Below, in pieces: positions 49,350 through 57,521 of a DNA stretch of 64,000 nucleotides. Both the position numbers and the translations under genes were made by a program. The stretch spans positions 3,441-67,440 of the forward strand of contig CAXDMJ010000002.1 of assembly GCA_963990035.1 (NCBI GenBank). The letters are read 5' to 3'. This DNA comes from an uncultured Candidatus Poseidoniales archaeon. Lineage in GTDB: Archaea; Thermoplasmatota; Poseidoniia; Poseidoniales; Thalassarchaeaceae. The notes beneath the pieces are model-generated. The model ran no database searches and was not told the DNA's origin. It saw nothing but the letters and a program-made list of their open reading frames with translations. How positions within the stretch are numbered: position 1 is the stretch's first letter; each line of letters begins with the position of its first letter.

Positions 49350-50306
49350 TCATGATTCTGATAAACCAGTGGTCTTGTCAAAGTTGAGCCCTTGTTCTTT
49401 GATAGAAGAATCAATATTTTCTTGTTTTAATTCTTTTAGTAAGTAATCCATTCTTTCTGTTACTGCACCTGCAACATTTATTCCTGATGCTTTCTCAATA
49501 CCTTCTAAACCAGGACTTGAATTAACTTCCAATACAAGCGGCCCTCTTTTTGATTCTAGCATGTCTACTCCTGCGACTTCAAGCCCCAAAATTTTTGCTG
49601 CTTTGATAGCGATTTTCTCAAATTCATCACTAATTTCTATTTTTTCTACGCTTCCACCTAAGTGGAAATTTGAACGAAACTCATTTCCATGAGCTTTTCT
49701 TCTCATACAGGCTACTACTTTTCCACCCACTACCAATGCTCGAATATCTTTCCCATGAGATTCCTCAATATATTCTTGAACTAAAGGCCCCATATCTCTT
49801 TCTAACATCTGATATACTAGTTGTTTTGCATGTTGTTCAGTTTGTGCTAGGAAAACACCTGCTCCATGTGTTCCTTCAGTTGCTTTTACTACACAAGGAG
49901 TCCCTCCTACTCTAGTAATTGCTCTGTTTGTATCTTCCCATGAATTTACTTGAACAGTTATAGGTACAGGGATGTTTCCAGACGACATCATTTGACATGC
50001 AATTAATTTATCTCTACTGCTTCTAATCCCCTCACTAGAATTCATCACAATGATACCGATTTTTTCAAATTCTAAAACTTTGTCACAGCCTTTATTTGTA
50101 ATTGAATAACCTATCCTTGGAATTACTGCATCGCACTCAAGTGGCCACGACCTATACAAAAGTCCCTCTTCTGACGAACCTGCACCTGAGATACGTAACG
50201 GATCTACGACTTTCACCACCCAACCCAACTTCTCAGCCTCTTCTACAAGACGTTTCGTGGAGTATAATTGTGGGCCGCGAGATAGAATCACTACAACAGG
50301 GTCCAT
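49350..50306 (-). CDS. RimK-family ATP-grasp ligase (alpha-L-glutamate ligase-like)
   Basis: 318 aa with the RimK/LysX-type N-terminal region and an ATP-grasp core ('GKVVACMRRKA...FRSNFHLGG...VAGVDMLE'). Confidence 0.75.
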   Translation of the reverse strand: MDPVVVILSRGPQLYSTKRLVEEAEKLGWVVKVVDPLRISGAGSSEEGLLYRSWPLECDAVIPRIGYSITNKGCDKVLEFEKIGIIVMNSSEGIRSSRDKLIACQMMSSGNIPVPITVQVNSWEDTNRAITRVGGTPCVVKATEGTHGAGVFLAQTEQHAKQLVYQMLERDMGPLVQEYIEESHGKDIRALVVGGKVVACMRRKAHGNEFRSNFHLGGSVEKIEISDEFEKIAIKAAKILGLEVAGVDMLESKRGPLVLEVNSSPGLEGIEKASGINVAGAVTERMDYLLKELKQENIDSSIKEQGLNFDKTTGLSES

Positions 50307-50404
50307 AATTTGCCGCGGTGACCAATACTTCTTGAGTTCTTTGGCTCCGTAAATGGTATTTTACTCCAGTACTAGCGGTTCTGCAACACAGAAGAAGGAA
50401 GGTA

Positions 50405-52714
50405 TTGAAAGACTCGCCTATTGGACTAGGCCTGTTAACTATGGTAGACGGCGAGTCTTTTAGCTTCGACTCACTATCGAAAATGAAGGTTTCTGAGTTA
50501 AGAGAGATATGTAAAAAAGGGCAATTATTAATATCTGGTAACAAGGCAGAGTTAATATTTAGAATTCTTGAAAATACTTCTTCTCCACAGGACAATGAAG
50601 AACTATTTCTTGATGAAGAAAATATTGTGTTGGAAAGTCCCCAAACTACGATTCCTGAAATTAAAGATACAGCGCGTTCTTCTAGAGAAATTGATGATGC
50701 AATAGATCGTCTAATCTCACGTGTTGATGATAAAGAAAGTCTAATCATAGATGAAAATCCCGAAAATTCTATTTTGAATGATGAAATTATGGATGCAGAG
50801 ATATTTGATGCAGAAATTATTGAAGAAGTAGGGAATGAATTAGATGAAAATCCCGAACCATCTTTAATTCTTGAAGAAAAAGATCCTTGGTCTAGTAATA
50901 TGGTAGAAGAAAAGAAAGTAGAGTTAGAAAATTTAAGCGTGGATATAGAGGAACCATCATTTACTATTACAATTCCATCATTAGATATTTTCAAGAAGTA
51001 TTGGCAGCAAATATCTTCTATATTCGTAGTTATTTTATTAATTGGTGCTGGTGTAGTTTATCTTCTCTCAGCCGATTCGTCATTTCAAGCTCGACCAGTA
51101 AATTATGGTGATTCGATGACATTCACTTTGAGTGATGGAGAAATAATCTTAGATGGTGATGAAATGGTTTCTTTACTAAGAGATAATTTGCCAGATACTG
51201 CAATTCAGGATGCATGTAATCGATTAACTGTGGATATTGTAGGTACAGGCTCTATTACAATTATAGAAGGGGATGACTCTCAAATAACCCATCCTTTAGA
51301 TAAACAATCTTCTAATCCCGATTATTCTGGTACTATTGATGCTAAAGATGCCTATGGACGTTCTCACCTCACAGTTCAACAACAAATTACACATGATCTT
51401 GATATTGATCTAGAGGGTAAAACTTGGAAAGATACTAATGTTTGCGGAAATATAGGATGGTCATTACCTGGTAATGAGCTTTTAATGACTACAAATCTCT
51501 ATGATGAGTTAGCGGAAAGTAGCCTTCTAAGATCTGAATCTATAATTTCTTTTACTGATTCTGATGGAGATACAACAAATGCAAATATTGTAACTTTTGG
51601 TGCTGATGGTTTTGGTAATCTAGATGGCATAGCCCCGATATTGACATTCCCCCTATCTCCTATTGAATTATATGATTTCTTTGGAAGTATTAAGTTACAA
51701 TCCGGAATGACTTCGGAGTCAATATCTGATTGGAATAATGATTGGCAATGGACAGTTGGTTCTGAGCAGAATAATGCTGAGCACGGTCTTGTGTATCCAG
51801 TAAAAATTATTCATGAAGAGATTGAAAGATGCCTTGGTAGAATACATATAGATATTTTAGTTAAAAATGGGATTCCTTGGGCTGTTGAACAAGAGGTAGA
51901 TATTTTGATTGATAAAGATGAGAGTACATCTGATTGTAGTTTCATTGAAAGTACTGCGACAGATGCAGCACTTCCAGAAGGATCTCTGACAATTAAAATG
52001 AAAATGAGTGAAATATCATCAGATTCAGGTTCTAAGTCAATACCTTGGGGTTCAGTCTATGCTGGTCGACCAGGTATTGGTGAAGATAAACTAAGTCCGA
52101 CTGCAAAGAAAGATTGGTCAACTGCTATATGGGATGAATCAGAAATTAGATTATTCAGTATAGAAGATGCATTAAACTGTCTACGTACGAATTATTCCAG
52201 TCGAGATATTTCTGTTGCAATTGATAGTGATGGATATATCTGGCAGGGAACATATGGCGTGACTGATTTTGAAGAATGGAATTTATCTTGGGTCCGCTCT
52301 GATGAAACTTCAGGTTGGGCAATAGTTAGTTTATCTAATAATGAATGCTCTTTTGATGATGAAGGACGCAATGATGGTGAGATTACTTGGAATCAAGATG
52401 CTATACCCTCTACTCACACCTTAAATAAATTAGAAAATAGAATTCTTAATACTAATCGTTATCAAGATTTAGCCAGTTCTCTAGGCTCATCCTCATCGTG
52501 GTTTGAAGATACTAATTACGGTTACAGAGTTTCCGTTTCAGAAGATAATGATCTCTTCTCATTCCTTCCAGGAGATTTAACTGAAGGACAAGTTACAATT
52601 ATTGGAAGTAGAGAGTGGACTGAATCTAATCGAGAACATAATATAAACTTCGCAATGGATGCTCAAACAGGTCGGATGCTTGCTTGGGCAGAAATCATTG
52701 GCTCATCTCAGTAA
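50405..52714 (+). CDS. Membrane protein with N-terminal cytoplasmic SAP/HeH DNA-binding motif, acidic linker, one TM helix and a ~550-aa extracellular domain
   Basis: 'LSKMKVSELREICKKGQLLISGNKAELIFRIL' fits the SAP consensus L..L.V.ELR.....RGL...G.K..LI.RL. TM helix 'ISSIFVVILLIGAGVVYLLSA'. Its 3' end overlaps the parA ORF. Confidence 0.7.
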   Translation: MKDSPIGLGLLTMVDGESFSFDSLSKMKVSELREICKKGQLLISGNKAELIFRILENTSSPQDNEELFLDEENIVLESPQTTIPEIKDTARSSREIDDAIDRLISRVDDKESLIIDENPENSILNDEIMDAEIFDAEIIEEVGNELDENPEPSLILEEKDPWSSNMVEEKKVELENLSVDIEEPSFTITIPSLDIFKKYWQQISSIFVVILLIGAGVVYLLSADSSFQARPVNYGDSMTFTLSDGEIILDGDEMVSLLRDNLPDTAIQDACNRLTVDIVGTGSITIIEGDDSQITHPLDKQSSNPDYSGTIDAKDAYGRSHLTVQQQITHDLDIDLEGKTWKDTNVCGNIGWSLPGNELLMTTNLYDELAESSLLRSESIISFTDSDGDTTNANIVTFGADGFGNLDGIAPILTFPLSPIELYDFFGSIKLQSGMTSESISDWNNDWQWTVGSEQNNAEHGLVYPVKIIHEEIERCLGRIHIDILVKNGIPWAVEQEVDILIDKDESTSDCSFIESTATDAALPEGSLTIKMKMSEISSDSGSKSIPWGSVYAGRPGIGEDKLSPTAKKDWSTAIWDESEIRLFSIEDALNCLRTNYSSRDISVAIDSDGYIWQGTYGVTDFEEWNLSWVRSDETSGWAIVSLSNNECSFDDEGRNDGEITWNQDAIPSTHTLNKLENRILNTNRYQDLASSLGSSSSWFEDTNYGYRVSVSEDNDLFSFLPGDLTEGQVTIIGSREWTESNREHNINFAMDAQTGRMLAWAEIIGSSQ

Positions 52715-53736
52715 CTATAGAATTCACTATGTTGATTGTCTGTGATAGCGGCACATTCAATTTCCTTCTAAGCGCCCAAGGCGCTTGTATGTCCATTAAT
52801 GATGATGATGTTCGGCTACCAAAAGTCGAAAAAGTTCCATTAATAATTGATGTAGAATTTATAGAAGATGAAGTAGTCAATTCCTCCTCTGACAATGTCA
52901 ATCCAGTTAATACTCAGAAAACAAGTCGCCCATTAGATTTACCATTCCCGATTCCTACTCCTGAAGGTAGAGCTAGAATCGTCACTGTCATTAATCAGAA
53001 GGGAGGTGTTGGAAAAACAACGACAGTCATTAATATTGGATCTCAACTTGCTTTAAGTGGACATAGAGTATTGGTAGTAGATGCAGATTCTCAGGGTAAT
53101 TGTGCTACTGGATTAGGGGTAGATAAAAGTAAGGTTAAACATACAACTAGAGACCTAATATTGTCTCCTGAAACTGCAGTTACAGCTCGCCATGCGACAG
53201 CAGTTGATGGATTGCATATGATTGTTGGAGATCGCAGTTTAGTTGGTTTAGAGCAAGAAATGTTGCGACAGTTAGGCAGAGAAAGGAGATTAGCTGAGGC
53301 TTTAGAGCCATTATTACCACATTATGATATTGTGATAATAGATACTCCTCCATCATTAGGTTTAGTGACAATCAATGCTTTAGTTGCCAGCGATGGTGTC
53401 CTAATACCAGTTCAAACTGAATACTTTGCTTTGGAAGGATTGGCAATGTTAGCAGGAACAATTAGAGAGGTTAGAAATCTACTCAACCCGCGATTAGGTG
53501 TTGATGGTGTTTTGCTAACTATGCATGCGAGTACTCTTCTAAATCAACAGGTAGCTTCAGAAATTCTAGAACATTTACCTGAGTTTGTAATACAACCAGC
53601 AATCCGTCGAAATATCAAATTGGCTGAAGCACCCAGTCACGGAGTCCCAATCCATCTACACGATCCGAATAGTAATGGTGGCCAAGATTATCAAGGAGTT
53701 TCTCATTCCTTGGAAAAAAGATGGGGACTTATTTAG
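52684..53736 (+). CDS. parA: ParA/Soj-type partition ATPase (start may be Met at 52789)
   Basis: Deviant Walker A 'NQKGGVGKTTTVINIG', 'VVDADSQGN' and 'IIDTPPSLG'. Confidence 0.9.
   Translation: MGRNHWLISVTIEFTMLIVCDSGTFNFLLSAQGACMSINDDDVRLPKVEKVPLIIDVEFIEDEVVNSSSDNVNPVNTQKTSRPLDLPFPIPTPEGRARIVTVINQKGGVGKTTTVINIGSQLALSGHRVLVVDADSQGNCATGLGVDKSKVKHTTRDLILSPETAVTARHATAVDGLHMIVGDRSLVGLEQEMLRQLGRERRLAEALEPLLPHYDIVIIDTPPSLGLVTINALVASDGVLIPVQTEYFALEGLAMLAGTIREVRNLLNPRLGVDGVLLTMHASTLLNQQVASEILEHLPEFVIQPAIRRNIKLAEAPSHGVPIHLHDPNSNGGQDYQGVSHSLEKRWGLI
52771..52785 (+). promoter_or_regulatory. Perfect GC-rich palindrome AGCGCC-CAA-GGCGCT immediately 5' of the probable parA start
   Basis: The 6-bp arms are perfect and the sequence is unique in the window. 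It is a candidate operator. Confidence 0.25.
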
Positions 53737-54690
53737 ATGGTATCTAAAGGTCTAGGCCGAGGACTTGAATCTGTAGCGGAGTTAGCTAAGGATGGTCCTG
53801 ATCTTTCATCTTACGTTTCCTCAGACTCTATGCAGCCCGTTGACTCTCCCAGAACCGCAGTTCTTTGGATGATATTTGGAAGTGTTTGTTTTGGAACTAT
53901 GAATGCACTTGTCAAATGGACTTCACTAAATGCAGACGTTTGGATGATTATTTTTATCCGTTCATTAGTAATTGCCGTGGCCGTTGCAATATTCGCAAGA
54001 TATCATAACACTAGCCTTCGGATGAATGACCCTAAAAAGATGTTTTTACGCTGTTTAGTAGGATTAATTGCAATGATACTTTATTTTTCTGCCCTATCTT
54101 TAATTCCTATTGGTCAAGCAGTAACATTACAATATACTGCTCCCTTATTTGTCGCACTCTTATCTGGTAGTTTAATTCGTGAAAAAGTTTCTTCTTCTGT
54201 AATAATTCTGCTAATAACTGCATTTTTTGGAATTATATTAATTGTTTCTCCAGACTTAGATAGTATAGATCCGAATGCTTTGTTAGCTCTAGGATCAGGA
54301 TTCTTTGCAGGTTTAGCTTATATTTTTGTCCGGGACTTGAGGAAGACAGATTCCCCCTCTACAGTTGTTTTTTGGTTTGCGGCTTTTTCCGTATTGGGTT
54401 CAGTAATTCAAGCAGCACCTGCTTTGTCTAGTCTTACTTGGGAAATGATTGCTGCATTAGTAGGGATTGGCGTAGGTGCAGGTGGAGGCCAAGTAGGAAT
54501 CACAATGGCTTATCACAAAGCAAATGCTGCTTGGGTCAGCGCATTCTCTTATCTTACAGTAATAATTGCAACAATATATGGTATTATTCTATTTGATGAA
54601 ATATTAACAGCAAAAATACTAATTGGAGGATTATTGATAGTCGGTTCTGGTGTTGCATTAATTTTCTTCACACCACCAACTAATAAATAG
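53737..54690 (+). CDS. EamA/DMT-family 10-TM permease with an N-terminal ParB-like ParA-interaction peptide
   Basis: N-terminal 'MVSKGLGRGLESVAELAKDG' matches the bacterial ParB/Spo0J N-terminus (compare 'GLGRGLEALL'). The rest has typical EamA repeats. The ATG directly follows the parA stop codon. Confidence 0.8.
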   Translation: MVSKGLGRGLESVAELAKDGPDLSSYVSSDSMQPVDSPRTAVLWMIFGSVCFGTMNALVKWTSLNADVWMIIFIRSLVIAVAVAIFARYHNTSLRMNDPKKMFLRCLVGLIAMILYFSALSLIPIGQAVTLQYTAPLFVALLSGSLIREKVSSSVIILLITAFFGIILIVSPDLDSIDPNALLALGSGFFAGLAYIFVRDLRKTDSPSTVVFWFAAFSVLGSVIQAAPALSSLTWEMIAALVGIGVGAGGGQVGITMAYHKANAAWVSAFSYLTVIIATIYGIILFDEILTAKILIGGLLIVGSGVALIFFTPPTNK

Positions 54691-54696
54691 AAATCT

Positions 54697-55377
54697 TCAA
54701 TCAAACCATTCCGAGATTTCATTCAAATCTTTCCTTGCTATATTGGGAACTTTTGCATTTTTTGCGGGGTAACCAACAGGCATTAGAAGCATAGCATGTT
54801 CATGCTCTGGACGTCCTAATAATTCTCTAAGGAATTTCATAGGCGATGGCGTATGAGTCAATGTAGTAAGCCCCATATTTTGTATTGCTGCTATGAAAAG
54901 CCCTACTGCAATACCACATGATTCTTGAGAATAATATGTTGGTCCTAATTCACCATTTTCACGACTTCTTTTTGTTTGTCTAAAAATAACAACAATCCAG
55001 GGGGCATCGGTAATATGCTCTTTGACATAATCTGTACCCAAAGGCCGCAATAACTCGGCCCAAGCTTCCGGCATCCTTCCAGAATACGTTTTCTTTTCTT
55101 CTTCTTCAGCCGCTTGTCGTATTTTTATTTTGAGATTTTTATTCGATATTGCAACGAAAGTCCAAGGCTGTAAATGAGCTCCTGACGGAGCCGTACCTGC
55201 AGTTTTTATTGCAATTTCTATTAACTTACGAGGGACTTCTTTGGTTGAAAAATGCCTCGTAGTACGTCTTTTATTCATTAAATCAAAGAAGTCAGATGCT
55301 TGTTTCGACATATCTTCTTTGGATAGTTCAATAAATTCTAAATCAATGAATCCTAACTCTTCTCCGCTATCAACCAT
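54697..55377 (-). CDS. Nitroreductase-superfamily flavoprotein, iodotyrosine-deiodinase-like
   Basis: 'NKRRTTRHFS...TAGTAPSGAHLQPWTFVAIS' and 'LLGRPEHEHAMLLMPVGYPAKNAKVP' are the IYD-type motifs. Confidence 0.7.
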   Translation of the reverse strand: MVDSGEELGFIDLEFIELSKEDMSKQASDFFDLMNKRRTTRHFSTKEVPRKLIEIAIKTAGTAPSGAHLQPWTFVAISNKNLKIKIRQAAEEEEKKTYSGRMPEAWAELLRPLGTDYVKEHITDAPWIVVIFRQTKRSRENGELGPTYYSQESCGIAVGLFIAAIQNMGLTTLTHTPSPMKFLRELLGRPEHEHAMLLMPVGYPAKNAKVPNIARKDLNEISEWFD

Positions 55378-55385
55378 GATTTTGC

Positions 55386-55937
55386 TCAGTCGCGTCGAGT
55401 CATCAATCCTGCTATTCCTATTGCTGCCAAAGTTAGCGGCATAATGAATCCAGGCATGCTATCTTCTTCCTCTTGTGGCCAACATGAGTTATCATCTCCA
55501 CCCCAATCATTTCCATCATACCAACAATCAGACCAAATCTTCCAACCAAAACCTGTTTCCGGAACTCTTGTTGTATTCTCACTCGAGTCAATTAGATCAA
55601 TCCTCCAGTTCAAATAACTAGCACCTTCGTCAACTTCTACTATGCTTTTCCAAGTTTTATTATCCTCAGTAGTCATTTCAATAGTTTTCGGAGGATAACA
55701 AACTCCAGTATTTATGCAAACTTGTGTGATCCAATTAATATGGCTAATATTTTCAATAGCATCATCTTTGAGAGTTACAGAAATAGTAAATTCAGATTCT
55801 GCATAGGCCACATCATTCGCATCTATTGCTAAGATATTAGTTTCAGAAAGGTCAGTGCCCTCATTTAATCCACCCTCTGAAGCTGCAACATTGAATGCTA
55901 AAATAGTAACAATAGCAACTGCGACCAGTTTGTGCAT
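55386..55937 (-). CDS. Secreted protein with PGF-CTERM archaeal sorting signal
   Basis: An N-terminal signal peptide. The C-terminus 'MPGFIMPLTLAAIGIAGLMTRRD' gives PGF, a TM helix and a basic tail. Confidence 0.65.
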   Translation of the reverse strand: MHKLVAVAIVTILAFNVAASEGGLNEGTDLSETNILAIDANDVAYAESEFTISVTLKDDAIENISHINWITQVCINTGVCYPPKTIEMTTEDNKTWKSIVEVDEGASYLNWRIDLIDSSENTTRVPETGFGWKIWSDCWYDGNDWGGDDNSCWPQEEEDSMPGFIMPLTLAAIGIAGLMTRRD

Positions 55938-55976
55938 AACTATTCGCAGGGTTTCTTACAAATGAATCCTATTGAT

Positions 55977-56510
55977 TCAAGTTTCTAGTTCCCAAAGTTC
56001 ATCTCCGACCCAATGAATTGTATTAATCGCCTTACCTTTAGTCATTTCAGCCATCTCTATTCCACTTACGGTCGCCATACCTATTGCTAATGGCTTACCA
56101 TGTTGTAAATCTCTAATCCAGATTAAATCTCCTGATTTTATGTCAGGATCTGCTTGATGGACACCTGCTCCCATACAATCTGCACCATTCATCAAGAAAG
56201 GAATAGCCCCATGATCTACTGATGCCCATCTTTTCTCTGTACCCCAAGCTAAAATTCCTCTAATTGTAGGGAACCATATTTTTCCTTTTTCAGTATTTAT
56301 TTGGATTGCAAGAGGGATTTTATCTACAAGGATTAAATCTCTTTCTTGAAAATGTCCTTTCTCTAAAAAAGAAGTCGGAAAGTCTAATTTTACTCCTATA
56401 AGGTCGGAAATCTCTGACATTTCTTTACGTATTTGCTTCCATCTTACGGGGGTTCGTCGACGAAGTCTCTTCTCACTCACAAGTAGTTCTGCACGGACGT
56501 CGTCTATCAA
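55977..56510 (-). CDS. PUA-domain RNA-binding protein
   Basis: 177 aa with a C-terminal PUA-like 'GDLIWIRDLQHGKPLAIGMA'. Confidence 0.55.
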   Translation of the reverse strand: MIDDVRAELLVSEKRLRRRTPVRWKQIRKEMSEISDLIGVKLDFPTSFLEKGHFQERDLILVDKIPLAIQINTEKGKIWFPTIRGILAWGTEKRWASVDHGAIPFLMNGADCMGAGVHQADPDIKSGDLIWIRDLQHGKPLAIGMATVSGIEMAEMTKGKAINTIHWVGDELWELET

Positions 56511-56635
56511 CTGTACTTAGGGTAAATCGTTAGAAATTAAACTGTCATAATGCTCAATTTAGAGGAAATTTATCAAATTTCTTTTTCTTGTTTATTCCAA
56601 TCTATTGAAATAAGGGAGGCAAGTCGGCGAGTTTC

Positions 56636-57028
56636 ATGGCAAAGTGGCATGGTATCTCTCGACGCAAGGCGACCGGTGGACGCTTGAAGAGACCAAACCG
56701 TTATCGAGGCAAGCGCCGAACAGAGATTTCTAGTGAAACTCAATACGCTTTTGTTGGTACTGAGGATGCTTCTAAGAAATACCGAAAGAATGCTGGTTCT
56801 CAAACTGTTAGAGTAACTTCAGCATACACAGTAAACGTCAACTCAAAGGATGGTACCACTACTCGTTCAACTATCTCCAACGTAGTAGAAAATAGTGCAA
56901 ATCTTAACTTTGTTCGTCGTAATATTGTTACTAAAGGAGCAATCATTCAAACAGATCTTGGTAAAGTTAGAGTAACTAGCAGACCGGGTATGGATGGAGT
57001 CGTTTCTGGCGTTCTTATCGAAGAATGA
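56636..57028 (+). CDS. rps8e: 30S ribosomal protein S8e
   Basis: 'MAKWHGISRRKATGGRLKRPNRYRGKRRTE' is the S8e N-terminus. Confidence 0.85.
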   Translation: MAKWHGISRRKATGGRLKRPNRYRGKRRTEISSETQYAFVGTEDASKKYRKNAGSQTVRVTSAYTVNVNSKDGTTTRSTISNVVENSANLNFVRRNIVTKGAIIQTDLGKVRVTSRPGMDGVVSGVLIEE

Positions 57029-57065
57029 TTCAGTCGAAGCCCTCAAGTTAGTCAAATAACACGGA

Positions 57066-57521
57066 GTGAGCGATAGCATGACGGCCGACAAGTCAAAGAT
57101 GACACTTTGGACTAGATATTTCGATTCTAAATTATCTCGCTCCGAGGGGCGAAGAGTTCCAAAAGAGGCATCAATTCCTAATCCTAGTTTAGATGCTATA
57201 GTCTGGGCTGCAAGAGATGCTGGACTTTCCAAAATGAAACGTGATACTGAGGCTAGCCATCCATCTCGCCCTCATTCAAGAGAAGGTCGTTTAATTCTCT
57301 CTGCTCAAGAAGCAATCTCTGTAACTAGAGCTGATTCAAAAGAAGGCGTGATGCAAACAATTGGCCTTCGTCTCCGCCGACAATTTAAAGAATCTAAGAA
57401 TGATGAAAAATCAGGGAAGAAACAGTCGTTGAAAAAAGGCGACAAACAAATTCGAACACAAAGAAAATCATTCAAAGGAAATACTAGTGGTCAAAGAAAA
57501 AAGAAGTTTGGCCGTAAATAA
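57066..57521 (+). CDS. srp19: Signal recognition particle protein SRP19, with a basic C-terminal extension
   Basis: 'LWTRYFDSKLSRSEGRRVPKE' is the SRP19 signature. The C-terminal ~50 aa are K/R-rich. Confidence 0.8.
   Translation: MSDSMTADKSKMTLWTRYFDSKLSRSEGRRVPKEASIPNPSLDAIVWAARDAGLSKMKRDTEASHPSRPHSREGRLILSAQEAISVTRADSKEGVMQTIGLRLRRQFKESKNDEKSGKKQSLKKGDKQIRTQRKSFKGNTSGQRKKKFGRK

Noticed and set aside
50233-50994. 253-aa Ser-rich ORF on the minus strand
   Set aside because: It is low-complexity and antisense to the SAP-domain gene, whose product has recognisable motifs. It looks like a shadow ORF.
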